Shown here: in pieces, positions 38,766 through 50,080 of the stretch
Position numbering within the stretch: position 1 is the stretch's first letter
How the letters are laid out: each line of letters begins with the position of its first letter
DNA from: Spirochaetia bacterium
Lineage (GTDB): Bacteria; Spirochaetota; Spirochaetia; CADAEX01
NCBI GenBank assembly: GCA_017446885.1
Contig: JAFSOR010000009.1
Span: 102,159 to 166,158, forward strand
Reading direction: 5' to 3'
DNA: 64,000 nt
Made by a program: the position numbers and the translations under genes
Notes under the pieces: model-generated
Databases searched by the model: none
What the model was told of the DNA's origin: nothing
What the model saw: only the letters and a program-made list of their open reading frames with translations

Positions 38766-39911
38766 TCAACTTTTGCTGCAGATAAAATCGCGGTATTTGT
38801 CTGGATCTGTTTTCAAGGCAACTATGTTCTCGTCGTCTGTGCACTTGAAAAGGGCAGCCTTGGTCTCGGTCATAAGGCGCTCCGAATCCATTTCGCGGCC
38901 ATTTCTGGAGGAAAGACCTGCATAAAGCATGTTCTTGCCAGACATAACGCTGAACGATTTTACAAAGTTCTGGCAAATGGCAAGTCCTTCCTGCAGATTT
39001 TTTTCAGGGAATATGACTGTGAACTTGTCTTCGGATAATGCAAAGCGCAGGTCGTTAAGTGTAAAGCATTCGCCAGCAACCTCGCCTGCAAGTTTCCACA
39101 GGTCTGCACCAGGGGTAGATGTAAACTTGAACTCTGCAAGAACCAGGTCTTTTTTTAGAGAGATTGACTCGGCAAGGCAATCGGTGAGTGCTATGTCAAA
39201 AAATTTAATGTCTGCAAACCCGAAGTCTGTAGGCTTATGCTCAATCCTCATCTCGGCCTGTGGAACTGGTTCTGATTCTGGCTCGTACAATGTTGCCTCA
39301 GGGCTCATCTCCTTTAATTCAGGTGCAGCATCCCCAGTTTCGGCAGCAGAAACCTTTGCTGCTTTTGGGAGGAACTTTAATCCCTTGCTTGATGATACAG
39401 CCAGGGCCAGAGCAGTAATTATTATGAACACCAGTGTGTATACCATAAGGGATTTGAATACATATACAGCCTGTGACCTGTCAGAAATCTTATAAAGAAT
39501 CTCTATATTAAGGACTGGTGGTGTGGCAGTGACCTTTACAGGCCCTTTGTAGAGCATAAAGTTGCGGCTTGTAGTGTACTTTGCCTCGTTCTTGTCGGGG
39601 TAGAACTGCACTGAGTCAGGATTGGAGGAATAATAGTAGAGGACAGCGTTGTCGCTGTTCTTGATTACCAGGGACTGAAGCCTTCTGTCGTAGTTGAACA
39701 GTGCCTTCACATTCTTGCTGAATGCAGGAAAAAACCTGTCTCCAGCCAGATATCCGTTTCGGATTACCTTGCTCATCTGGGCAAACATGTCATCGCCACG
39801 CTGGGCATTTGCCTTCTGGATTCCATAAATTCTGATTGTGAACAATGTGGTGATAAGCAAAAAAATAGCCAGTGCTGAAACAGCATATACGACAATAATA
39901 TTCTTTTTCAT
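38766..39911 (-). CDS. membrane protein with a degenerate GGDEF-like C-terminal domain
   Basis: N-terminal TM, periplasmic segment, second TM, then a weak GGDEF-like pattern (YAGLSSRNG in place of GGDEF); low-confidence assignment. Confidence 0.35.
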   Translation of the reverse strand: MKKNIIVVYAVSALAIFLLITTLFTIRIYGIQKANAQRGDDMFAQMSKVIRNGYLAGDRFFPAFSKNVKALFNYDRRLQSLVIKNSDNAVLYYYSSNPDSVQFYPDKNEAKYTTSRNFMLYKGPVKVTATPPVLNIEILYKISDRSQAVYVFKSLMVYTLVFIIITALALAVSSSKGLKFLPKAAKVSAAETGDAAPELKEMSPEATLYEPESEPVPQAEMRIEHKPTDFGFADIKFFDIALTDCLAESISLKKDLVLAEFKFTSTPGADLWKLAGEVAGECFTLNDLRFALSEDKFTVIFPEKNLQEGLAICQNFVKSFSVMSGKNMLYAGLSSRNGREMDSERLMTETKAALFKCTDDENIVALKTDPDKYRDFICSKS

Positions 39912-39927
39912 AATATTATTATCGGTA

Positions 39928-40764
39928 TTATAAAATAATCTTTGAGATAATTCTGATTATAAAATCAGCAAACAGGTGACGTTTGGCATTGGCTGTAACC
40001 AGAACCTCGTTCTCGTCAAGCTTGGTTTCAGATACACCTGCCGCAAGGTTGGATATAACAGATATAGCCAGAACCTTTAATCCTGCATGTACTGCTATTA
40101 TAGTCTCGGGCACAGTGGACATCCCCACGGCATCGGCTCCTAAAATCCTGGCCATGCGTATTTCGGCAGGTGTCTCGTAACTGGGGCCCATGAACCATAT
40201 GTAGACACCTTCCTTAAGGTCTATATCAAGCTCCTGCGCAGCCTTGCGGGCATTCTGCTGCAGTACCGGGTCGTAGCATTCAGACATGTCTGGAAACCTG
40301 GGGCCGAAGTCGGAATTGTTCTTGCCTATTAGAGGGTTTGTCCCCGAGTTGTTTATATGGTCGGTTATAAGCATAAAGTCGCCAGGCCTGAAATCTTTGT
40401 TTATTCCACCTGCCGCATTGGTCTGTATAAGGTATGTCACTCCCAGCACCTTAAGGCTACGCAGCACAATAGCAATATCCTGACCGTTGTAGCCTTCGTA
40501 GAAATGGAAGCGGCCGTCCAGCAGTATTACATCTTTTTTATCAAGTTTTCCAAATATCAGACGCCCTATGTGGCCCGGAGCAGTGGAGACTGGAAAGTAG
40601 GGTATATCTTTGTATGGAATCTCAACATCTATCTTTACCTGGCTGGTAAGAGGCCCCAGTCCTGAGCCCAGTATGATTGCAATCTTAGGCTGGCCGCGAT
40701 ACTTGCTCTCAAACAAAACCTTGTTTATGTGGTTGGTAGCCTTTATGATTGTATCATCTCTCAT
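39928..40764 (-). CDS. purine nucleoside phosphorylase (PNP/MTAP family)
   Basis: 278 aa; phosphate-binding GSGLG near the N-terminus; family-typical VGMSTVPE motif. Confidence 0.8.
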   Translation of the reverse strand: MRDDTIIKATNHINKVLFESKYRGQPKIAIILGSGLGPLTSQVKIDVEIPYKDIPYFPVSTAPGHIGRLIFGKLDKKDVILLDGRFHFYEGYNGQDIAIVLRSLKVLGVTYLIQTNAAGGINKDFRPGDFMLITDHINNSGTNPLIGKNNSDFGPRFPDMSECYDPVLQQNARKAAQELDIDLKEGVYIWFMGPSYETPAEIRMARILGADAVGMSTVPETIIAVHAGLKVLAISVISNLAAGVSETKLDENEVLVTANAKRHLFADFIIRIISKIIL

Positions 40765-40808
40765 ATCTATATTTTACAATTAATTCAAAAAATTGTATAC
40801 TCTCAACT

Positions 40809-41891
40809 ATGAATAAGATTTTAGCCCTTGGAATGAGCGGTGGAGTGGACTCTTCAATGGCCCTTGAATATCTTAAGAAGGATTGGCCTGTAATAGTGGG
40901 GGCAAACCATGTGGTATGGCACGGTGTCAGGTGCTCAAGCCCCGAGGTTATAGCCCGGGCCGCTGACCTGTGTGCCAGGGAGAATATACCTTTCTACTGC
41001 CTCGATGTCTCCGATGAGTTTAACAGACAGGTGGCATCGGCATTCGTAAAGGACTATCTTGACGGCCTGACACCTAATCCCTGTGTTATCTGCAACAGGT
41101 TCATAAAGTTCACTTTCTTCTATGACAGGCTTAAGGAACAGCTGATAAAGGACCATATTATGAATCCCGATGACCAGCTGTACTATTCCACAGGGCACTA
41201 TGTACGCATAGTAGAGCGCGCAGGCCGCCTGTACCTGGCCAAGGCCAAGGACCTTTCCAAAGACCAGAGCTACATGCTCTACCGCCTGCCCCAGAAGCTC
41301 CTTTCAAGATGCATCTTTCCGCTGGGCGACAAGCTCAAGGCCGATATCAAGAAAGAAGCTGCCAATATGGGCGTTCCAGCCAGCAGCGTTAAGGAAAGCC
41401 AGGATATTTGCTTTATCGAAGGCTCCTATGGCGAATTTATAGAACAGTATTCAGGCAGACAGTTCAAGCCTGGCTTTATTTACGATATGCAGGGGAACAG
41501 GCTTGGGCAGCACCGCGGCTATATCCACTACACCATAGGCCAGCGGAAAGGGCTGGGCCTGGGCAGCGGCCCCTGGTATGTCACTCAGGTTATTCCCGAA
41601 AAGAACTGCGTTATAGTGGGGCGCGAGGATGAACAGGGGCAGTACAGCTTTAAAGTCAGGGATCTTAACTGGTTTATAGAGCCAGATTCCCTTAAGGGGC
41701 CCCTTTCCTGCAATGTCAGGGTACGCTACAACTCGGGCGAGCACCCATGCACCGTTACTCTGACACCAGGTACCCCGCCCGAGGAGGCCACCGCCTATGT
41801 AATGCTTGAGGAAAAGACTGTAATTACACCGGGGCAGAGCGCAGTATTCTACGATGGCGACATAGTGCTTGGTGGAGGCATAATAGCATGA
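40809..41891 (+). CDS. mnmA: tRNA-specific 2-thiouridylase
   Basis: PP-loop LGMSGGVDSS; start moved to the ATG at 40809 (the ORF-track start at 40749 would overlap the upstream gene). Confidence 0.85.
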   Translation: MNKILALGMSGGVDSSMALEYLKKDWPVIVGANHVVWHGVRCSSPEVIARAADLCARENIPFYCLDVSDEFNRQVASAFVKDYLDGLTPNPCVICNRFIKFTFFYDRLKEQLIKDHIMNPDDQLYYSTGHYVRIVERAGRLYLAKAKDLSKDQSYMLYRLPQKLLSRCIFPLGDKLKADIKKEAANMGVPASSVKESQDICFIEGSYGEFIEQYSGRQFKPGFIYDMQGNRLGQHRGYIHYTIGQRKGLGLGSGPWYVTQVIPEKNCVIVGREDEQGQYSFKVRDLNWFIEPDSLKGPLSCNVRVRYNSGEHPCTVTLTPGTPPEEATAYVMLEEKTVITPGQSAVFYDGDIVLGGGIIA

Positions 41892-42592
41892 TTATCCACA
41901 TGGAAACAGTCTCAAGCACTATGGATATAGCCCGTTCGCTCATACCCCAGAACCCCGAGGATGGCACTGCAGTCTATGCCGACTACCAGGAAAAGGGGCG
42001 GGGGCGTGTAGAGGGGCGCAGGTGGGTATGCCCAAAAGGAGAAAGCCTTCTTGCCACATTCCTTTTCAAGACAGGCAGTATCGCATTCCCGTTACCTGCA
42101 TTTCCGCTCTATGCCGGCTATGTCACAGCCCAGTGCCTTAAAAAACTCTATGGTATAGAGTGCCAGGTCAAATGGCCCAACGATGTCCTTGTAAATGGTG
42201 CAAAAATTGCTGGCATCTACTGCGAGTGCATAGACAGCTATATCTCCTGCGGCATTGGCATAAACCTTATGCAGACAGAGTTCGGTTCATCATACAGGCG
42301 CAATGCAACCTCGGTTAAGATGGTTACAGGTCTTATGCCAGACAGGGAAGAACTTCTGAAAAAAATGATAGAAAATTTCATTTTAAACTTAAAAAACTTT
42401 AGCTGGATAAAAGATTTTCAAAATATACTTTATAAAATTAATGGAAAAATTACAGTTTTGGAAGGGCTGGCAGACTCAGGGACAGCAGTTACAGGAATCC
42501 TTTCAGGCATAGGCCAGTATGGACAGATGCTTGTAAGACTGCCCGATGGAACAGTTAAAGAAATCTTCACCGGCGAACTCCAGGTGGAATGA
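41888..42592 (+). CDS. birA: biotin--[acetyl-CoA-carboxylase] ligase (BPL family, no N-terminal HTH)
   Basis: KWPNDVLVNGAKIAGI motif; 234 aa. Confidence 0.75.
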   Translation: MIIHMETVSSTMDIARSLIPQNPEDGTAVYADYQEKGRGRVEGRRWVCPKGESLLATFLFKTGSIAFPLPAFPLYAGYVTAQCLKKLYGIECQVKWPNDVLVNGAKIAGIYCECIDSYISCGIGINLMQTEFGSSYRRNATSVKMVTGLMPDREELLKKMIENFILNLKNFSWIKDFQNILYKINGKITVLEGLADSGTAVTGILSGIGQYGQMLVRLPDGTVKEIFTGELQVE

Positions 42593-42595
42593 CCT

Positions 42596-42644
42596 ACGTC
42601 ATCCTGACGAATGACATCCTAATACGTCATCCTGACGAATGACA
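42596..42644. repeat. two copies of a 21-bp direct repeat ACGTCATCCTGACGAATGACA separated by 7 bp, between birA and groEL
   Basis: read directly; each unit contains short hairpins (CGTCA-tcc-TGACG); no CIRCE found upstream of groEL. Confidence 0.6.
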
Positions 42645-42724
42645 GAAAATTTTTATCAAAAATATTGATGATTTCATTTATTATTAGTATCTTATAGAAA
42701 AAGTTTGAAAACTAAAAAAATTAA

Positions 42725-44386
<1,662 letters not shown>

Positions 44387-44390
44387 TTAA

Positions 44391-45023
44391 ATGAACAAGC
44401 TTGAAGAGATTTTCAATGCTATAACCCACGGTGTCGGCTTTCTGGCCAGCATCGTGGGTCTTGTTTTTCTATGCCTGTTTTCGGCCAGGACCGGAGATGC
44501 CGCAGTAATCACAGGCTGCATCCTTTTCGGCTGCTCCATGATACTTCTGTACCTGTTCTCAAGCCTTTATCACAGCCTGGTGTTCACCAGGGCAGGCAAT
44601 GTGTTCCAGATTTTTGACCATTCTGCCATCTTTATCCTGATTGCAGGCACATATACGCCAATACTGCTCAACTTTCATTCAGTATTCGGCCTGGTCACCT
44701 TCATTATAATGTGGAGTGTGGCTGCACTGGGGATAACGCTGGAGTCGGTCTTCAAGTACAGGATAAAGAAAATCTCCATGATATTGTACTTTCTTATGGG
44801 GTGGATTATAGTTGTTGCATGGAAGCCGCTTCTGGCCAGTGTGGACAGGGGTTTTCTGTGGTGGGTCTTTGGCGGCGGATTGTTATACACTTTGGGCGCC
44901 ATATTCTATGTTTTCCAGCATATAAAGGGTTTTCATGTAATCTGGCACCTTTTTGTTCTGGGCGGCACAGTTATGCACTACCTGGGAATTATGTTCTACA
45001 TTGCTATACCGAGGGGAATCTAA
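44391..45023 (+). CDS. hemolysin-III/PAQR-family membrane protein
   Basis: 210 aa, 7 TM; PAQR-family topology and conserved HW motif (FHVIWHLFVLGG). Confidence 0.75.
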   Translation: MNKLEEIFNAITHGVGFLASIVGLVFLCLFSARTGDAAVITGCILFGCSMILLYLFSSLYHSLVFTRAGNVFQIFDHSAIFILIAGTYTPILLNFHSVFGLVTFIIMWSVAALGITLESVFKYRIKKISMILYFLMGWIIVVAWKPLLASVDRGFLWWVFGGGLLYTLGAIFYVFQHIKGFHVIWHLFVLGGTVMHYLGIMFYIAIPRGI

Positions 45024-46103
45024 ATGCTGATTGTTCAGATAGCCATAAACATTTCTATAATAATTCTGGCAATATATATCATCCACCTTATTTACCATAA
45101 AATTGTATATTTCGGCTATTCTCCAAAGCAGGTGGCATTCCTTATAGGACAGCAGAAGATGGTGCTTGACAACCTTAAGGTCGGCATCATATACACAGAC
45201 ATCAGGGGCAAGATAATACTCCTGAATGCGGCAGGAAAAAGCCTTCTGCAGCTGGATGACAGCGCCATAGGGACCAATGTCAAAAACTATTTTTTCAAAG
45301 AGCCTTTCCTCGATATTATAGAGCAATCCGAGAATATACAGTCCAGAGAGATAAGGGTGTCGGCGGGCAACACAATACTGTTCCGTTTCCATGTGGTGCG
45401 GAATCCAGACCTTGAGCAGACTATAGGAATAATAGCCAGCATAGAGGACCTTACCATAGTCAAGCAGAGGGCCGAGGAGCTTACAGGCATGCGCAAGCTT
45501 ATGGGCGAGGTAAGGGCACAGAACCACGAGTTCATGAACAAGCTGCACACAATATCGGGTCTTATACAGCTTGAGGAGTATCAGGAGGCCATAGACTTCA
45601 TAGAACGCTCTTCCCGGGCAAGCCAGAAGCTTATTGGTATAATTAGTTCTAAAATCAAGGAACCCAGCGTGGCAGGACTTTTGCTTTCCAAGTGCAACAA
45701 GGCCAGCGAGAAAAAGGTGCGCCTTATCATAAACGAAGAGACTTATATGAGCTCGCTGCCAGAGAAGATGCATAAGGATGAGTTCTGCTCAATCGTGGGT
45801 AACCTTATAGAGAATTCGCTTGACGAGCTGGCCGGCCGCACCGACGGAATTATAGAGGTTGGCCTTTTCCAGGGCGAGGAAGAGATGAATATAACTGTAT
45901 TTGACAACGGCCGTGGTATTCCCGAGGAGATGCAGAAGAAGATATTCGAGAAAGGGCACAGTTCCAAAGGGGAAAACCGCGGATTCGGCCTTTATATCAT
46001 CAAGGAAATAGTTGACACCTACGGCGGAAAAATACGATTATGGTGTGAGTCTGGCACTATGATAGTAATAACCATTCCAATGAGGCAGGAGAAAGATAAA
46101 TGA
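45024..46103 (+). CDS. sensor histidine kinase, CitA/DcuS-like
   Basis: N-terminal TM, PAS-like region, SpoOB-type HK core with H-box ([14 protein letters not shown]), HATPase G-boxes (DNGRGIP, GFGLY). Confidence 0.7.
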   Translation: MLIVQIAINISIIILAIYIIHLIYHKIVYFGYSPKQVAFLIGQQKMVLDNLKVGIIYTDIRGKIILLNAAGKSLLQLDDSAIGTNVKNYFFKEPFLDIIEQSENIQSREIRVSAGNTILFRFHVVRNPDLEQTIGIIASIEDLTIVKQRAEELTGMRKLMGEVRAQNHEFMNKLHTISGLIQLEEYQEAIDFIERSSRASQKLIGIISSKIKEPSVAGLLLSKCNKASEKKVRLIINEETYMSSLPEKMHKDEFCSIVGNLIENSLDELAGRTDGIIEVGLFQGEEEMNITVFDNGRGIPEEMQKKIFEKGHSSKGENRGFGLYIIKEIVDTYGGKIRLWCESGTMIVITIPMRQEKDK

Positions 46104-46783
46104 AGATTCTGATAGTAGAAGATGACCCTATGGTAGCTCATATAAATCTGAAGTTTGCAAACAAGGCAGGCTACGATGATGTTGACACAGTATCTGACAT
46201 AGAAAGCGCAAAGGAGCGTATTCTTAATGGCAATGTAGACCTGGTCCTTCTGGATGTCTATCTGCCTACAGGCAAGGGTACCGACCTTTTAAAGTGGATA
46301 CGGCAGGAAAACCTTAGCACCGATGCAATCCTTATTACAGCAGACCACAGTTCCGAGACTGTTGAGATGGCAATGAACTTCGGTGCTGTGGACTACCTGA
46401 TAAAACCATTTGATTTTGCCAGGTTCCAGCTTGCCATGGACAAGTTCGAGCGCAAGAAAAGTGGCATTGTAAGCAAGAAAAGTGTAGAACAGGACGACAT
46501 AGACAGTATCTTCTTTGACTATGCGACAAAGAGCGATAAAATCAAGTCTGTGCTGGACAAAGGGATGAGCGAGAAAACCTATACAACAATCCTGGATGCA
46601 ATAAAGTCAATCAATGCACCCACAACAGCCGAAGAGCTGGGCGACAGGCTTGGAATATCCAGAGTCTCTGTGCGCCGGTATCTTGAGTTCATGGAGACCC
46701 AGGGGATACTTGAGATGAAGCCTGTATATGGCAAGAAGGGAAGGCCTCAGCATCTGTTTAAATATGTACAAGAGGGTAATTGA
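46100..46783 (+). CDS. response regulator, CitB/DcuR-like (REC + C-terminal HTH)
   Basis: REC with D-D-K residues; C-terminal wHTH; overlaps the kinase stop by 4 bp. Confidence 0.7.
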   Translation: MKILIVEDDPMVAHINLKFANKAGYDDVDTVSDIESAKERILNGNVDLVLLDVYLPTGKGTDLLKWIRQENLSTDAILITADHSSETVEMAMNFGAVDYLIKPFDFARFQLAMDKFERKKSGIVSKKSVEQDDIDSIFFDYATKSDKIKSVLDKGMSEKTYTTILDAIKSINAPTTAEELGDRLGISRVSVRRYLEFMETQGILEMKPVYGKKGRPQHLFKYVQEGN

Positions 46784-46822
46784 CCTTAATTTTATTATTT
46801 GATAAAGTGTTTTGCGTTAATT

Positions 46823-46895
46823 GGTGGCGTAACTCAGTCGGTAGAGTAAGCGGCTCATATCCGCTCTGTCAGGGGTTCGAGTCCCTTCGCCACTA
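46823..46895 (+). tRNA. tRNA-Met (anticodon CAU; elongator Met or Ile-lysidine type, cannot distinguish)
   Basis: manual cloverleaf fold: acceptor GGTGGCG/CGCCACT, D-stem ACTC/GAGT, anticodon stem AGCGG/CCGCT with loop CTCATAT, T-loop TTCGAGT; 73 nt, no encoded CCA. Confidence 0.85.
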
Positions 46896-46900
46896 AAAAA

Positions 46901-48337
46901 ATGAAAAGATATTATTTCATTTTTCTTTTTTTTGTCCTTGCAATTGCTGGCTGCGGAGGCAGTGGCGGAAGCAGCAGTGATGACAACGGCGGAGGCGGAT
47001 GAGGCGATGGTGATACGGCTGGCCTCTGCTTTACTTCTTCTGGATCAACTGTTGTCTCAATCAGAATAAATGGAACTCTTGATAATATTCCGACCCTTGA
47101 CTATTCAAAAGATGGTTCAACTTGGACTCCAATTGTTCTGAAAAATGACGATACAGTTAAAGTTTCTGATCTTTCAGATGGTGAAAAGGTATATTTAAGG
47201 GCACATAATACTAATAACTCTTTCTCTGAAAGTGTTTCTAAATTCATACAATTCGTATTCACTGGTACAGGTTCTATCTCAGCCAGTGGTAATATAATGA
47301 GTCTTCTTGATAAGACACTCAGTTCAACTAAAATACCTTGTGACAGATGTTTTTGCAGGCTTTTTGAGAATTGTACAGCATTAACCAGAGCCCCAATTTT
47401 GCCAGCAGTAACATTGACAAGTGGCTGCTATCAAAATATGTTCGATGGATGCACTAACCTTAAGACAGCTCCGATCCTTCCTGCATTGACAATGAAGAAT
47501 CAATGTTATTGTAGAATGTTTGAAGGCTGTACAAGCCTAGTGACAGCCCCGGCTCTTCCTGCAACAACATTAGCAGATACGTGCTATACAGAAATGTTCT
47601 CTGGATGCACAAGCCTTGTAACACCTCCAGTTCTACCCGCAGAAACTTTGGCAAGTGAATGTTATTCGGGGATGTTCGCTGGCTGTACAAGCCTTGCGAC
47701 AGCTCCATCTCTTCCTGCGACAGCATTGGCAGATAGTTGTTATTCAGAAATGTTCTCTGGATGCACAAGCCTTGCGACAGCTCTATCTCTTCCTGCGACA
47801 GCATTGGCAGATAGTTGTTATTCAGAAATGTTCTCTGGATGCACAAGCCTTACGACAGCTCCGGCTCTGCCCGCAGAAACTTTGGCAAGTGAATGTTATC
47901 ATTCTATGTTCACTGGCTGTACAAGCCTAGTGACAGCCCCGGCTCTTCCTGCAACAACATTAGCAGATACGTGCTATTATGGTATGTTCAGTGTTTGTAT
48001 AAACCTTTTAAATGCCCCAACTCTTCCTGCAACAGTATTAAAAACTAATTGTTATCATTCTATGTTCTATAACTGTACAAGCCTTGTGACAGCTCCTGAT
48101 CTTCCAGCAATAACGTTGGTAGATGGTTGTTATTCATTAATGTTTAACAGCTGTACAAACTTAAATTATATTAAAGTTTCTTTTACCAGTTGGGGTCCAC
48201 AGACTAATGGCTGGGTCTATAATGTAAAAAAGGATGGAACATTCGTTTGTCCTGAGTCGTTAGCAATGGAGCCAGGAAGTAGCGGAGATAGAGGTGTAAA
48301 CAAGGTCCCAATAAGTTTTTTCGTCGAAAACCCCTGA
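46901..48337 (+). pseudogene. BspA/LrrA-type leucine-rich-repeat surface lipoprotein gene interrupted by a single in-frame TGA at 47000..47002
   Basis: lipoprotein signal MKRYYFIFLFFVLAIAGC plus Gly/Ser linker in the same frame as downstream ORF 47297..48337; about eleven 26-aa repeats LPxxTLxxxCYxxMFxGCTSLxTAPx. Confidence 0.55.
47390..48170 (+). repeat. tandem 78-bp (26-codon) Cys-containing LRR units with several near-identical copies
   Basis: units at 47711..47788 and 47789..47866 are about 90 percent identical; a 43-nt string (agccccggctcttcctgcaacaacattagcagatacgtgctat) occurs at both ~47539 and ~47935. Confidence 0.75.
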
Positions 48338-48339
48338 TA

Positions 48340-49356
48340 CTACTTTTTCCCTGCTTTATAAGCAAGCTGACCACAGGCTCCGGAGACTCCGAAGCCTTTT
48401 CTTTTTCTCAGGGTGTAGTTTATTCCCAGCTTGTCAAGCTTTGAGCAGAATACATTGATATCCTTGCGGTCGGGAGTCTGGAAGGGCTTTCCCTCCACTG
48501 TATTCCATGGAATAAGATTCACCAGCACCGAGAGGCCGCTTGTGAAGTGCCTCAGTGCTTTTATATCCTCGTCTCCCATATTGAAGTCTTTTATAAGCAC
48601 ATACTCGAAGGTGAAGCGCTTGTTCTTGTCCTCTTGGAACGCCTTAAGTGCCTCCTTGAGTTCTGCAAGAGGGTAGCGGGCAGTGATAGGCATTATCTGG
48701 CGCCGTTTATCCTCTATGGCACTGTTGAGCGACACCGCAAGCCTTATCTCCAGCTTGCTCTGGGCCAGGGCCTGTATGCCAGGGATAACACCGCAGGTGG
48801 ATATAGTCATCCGCCGGGCCCCAAGTCCTATTGCATTCTTGTCGTTAAGTATTGTTATTGCCTTCTTCAGGTTGTCGATGTTGTCGAAGGGTTCACCCAT
48901 CCCCATGAATACTATGTTGGAGAGCTTGCCTGCAATTCTGGAGCCTATAAGGTACTGCTCCAGTATCTCCCCGGCGGTCAGGTTCCGCTTAAAGCCCATG
49001 TCGGCAGTGCGGCAGAAGGCACAGCCCATCTTGCAGCCCAACTGGCTTGATATGCAGATAGTTTTCCTGTCGGTGCCGTCAGAAAGTATGACGCACTCGG
49101 TGAAAAGCCCGTCGGCAAGCTCAAGGCGCAGCTTGCAGTTTCCGCCATCGTCATCAAGGGCTGTATCAACTTTCATGGTAAAAAGTGAATAGTTCTGGCT
49201 TAAAGTCTGCCGCAGTGAAAGGGGCAGGTCTGTGATTGCATCAAAGCTCTCTATGCAGGAATAAAGGGCATGGTAGATCTGTTTGCTGCGGAACTTTTCC
49301 TTGACCTGGATAAGCTCCTGTATCTCGTCGGGAGTCAGTCCTAAAAGGCTTTTCAT
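48340..49356 (-). CDS. rlmN: 23S rRNA/tRNA adenine-C2 methyltransferase, radical SAM
   Basis: radical-SAM CxxxCxxC (CKMGCAFCRT), MGMGEP and downstream family-typical Cys (STCG); start placed at the internal Met (MKSLLGLTPDEIQ) to avoid overlap with hisB. Confidence 0.8.
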   Translation of the reverse strand: MKSLLGLTPDEIQELIQVKEKFRSKQIYHALYSCIESFDAITDLPLSLRQTLSQNYSLFTMKVDTALDDDGGNCKLRLELADGLFTECVILSDGTDRKTICISSQLGCKMGCAFCRTADMGFKRNLTAGEILEQYLIGSRIAGKLSNIVFMGMGEPFDNIDNLKKAITILNDKNAIGLGARRMTISTCGVIPGIQALAQSKLEIRLAVSLNSAIEDKRRQIMPITARYPLAELKEALKAFQEDKNKRFTFEYVLIKDFNMGDEDIKALRHFTSGLSVLVNLIPWNTVEGKPFQTPDRKDINVFCSKLDKLGINYTLRKRKGFGVSGACGQLAYKAGKK

Positions 49357-49360
49357 GGTA

Positions 49361-49945
49361 TCAGATAAGGCCTTTGGTGGAAAGCACCTGGTCTGAATCT
49401 GCAGCTGCATAGGACTGGGCAATTGCTTTGCCAAGAGCCTTGAAAAGGGCTTCTGCCATGTGGTGGCTGTTCTGGCCGTAACGGCAGGTGCAGTGCAGTG
49501 CTATCTGTGCTCTGTTTGAAAGGGCTATAAGGAATTCCCTTATAAGGCACATATCGAAGGTGCCGGAATAGGGCTGTGGAAAATCGGCATTAAGCACCAT
49601 GGAAGGGCGGCCGCAGATATCGATGACAGCCTCGGACACAGCCTCGTCCATAGGGATGATGGAATAGCCGTAGCGCTTGACGACACCTGCTTTCTCAGCA
49701 GACTTGGCAAGGGCATCACCCAGTACAAGACCGATGTCCTCAATCAGGTGGTGAGGGTCTACATCTATATCGCCGTCTGCCTTTATCTTAAGGGCAAAAC
49801 TGCCATGGAATGCCATTGCTGTAAGCATGTGGTTGAAGAAAGCCACAGGGGTATCAATCTCAACACCCTTTGCATCCATATCAAGAGTCAGCTTTATGTC
49901 TGTCTCCTTGGTCTTTCTCTTTAATACAACAGTACGGTTTCCCAT
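49361..49945 (-). CDS. hisB: imidazoleglycerol-phosphate dehydratase
   Basis: N-terminal RKTKETDIKLTLD and HHLIED metal-binding motifs; start at MGNRTVV rather than the longer ORF. Confidence 0.85.
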   Translation of the reverse strand: MGNRTVVLKRKTKETDIKLTLDMDAKGVEIDTPVAFFNHMLTAMAFHGSFALKIKADGDIDVDPHHLIEDIGLVLGDALAKSAEKAGVVKRYGYSIIPMDEAVSEAVIDICGRPSMVLNADFPQPYSGTFDMCLIREFLIALSNRAQIALHCTCRYGQNSHHMAEALFKALGKAIAQSYAAADSDQVLSTKGLI

Positions 49946-50035
49946 GTTGCGCCTCCTATTTGTATTATTTATCGGCACCTTATATATATTCCTATACTAT
50001 ACAAATAGAGTTTTTTCAGTTATAGTGTCAGAACA

Positions 50036-50075
50036 GCGGTCGTTCCGTTTACCCGCTTGAACAAAACAAGGGAGT
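50036..50075 (+). promoter_or_regulatory. probable preQ1-I riboswitch (translational) in the yhhQ leader
   Basis: hairpin AGCGG-[UCGUUCCGUUUAC]-CCGCU followed by tail UGAACAAAACAAGGGAG, closely resembling the T. tengcongensis preQ1-I aptamer ...CCCAGUUAACAAAACAAGG; tail overlaps the SD GGGAG. Confidence 0.6.
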
Positions 50076-50080
50076 TAAAC

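Noticed and set aside
42596-42644. Possible CRISPR-like array
   Set aside because: Only two 21-bp repeats with a 7-bp spacer and no cas genes.
46784-46900. Integrase/mobile element at the tRNA-Met locus
   Set aside because: No integrase, transposase or direct repeat of the tRNA 3' end found in the following 10 kb. The accessory character of 46.9-56.3 kb rests on content only.
47000-47002. TGA read as selenocysteine in the LRR lipoprotein
   Set aside because: It lies in a Gly/Ser low-complexity linker, no SECIS-like hairpin is evident downstream, and Sec has no functional role there. Nonsense mutation or sequencing error is more likely.
47460-47930. Overlapping ORFs on both strands (47460..47846 minus, 47655..47930 plus)
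   Set aside because: Artefacts of the 78-bp tandem repeats. The proteins are low-complexity echoes of the LRR frame.
49361-49978. Longer hisB ORF starting MPINNTNRRRN and longer rlmN ORF starting MAKQLPSP
   Set aside because: They would make the two genes overlap by >70 bp. Internal Met starts match the family N-termini and remove the overlap.
50057-50080. ORF-track start (MNKTRELN) for the yhhQ-like transporter
   Set aside because: It lies inside the predicted preQ1 aptamer tail. The ATG at 50081 has a proper SD and matches the family N-terminus.
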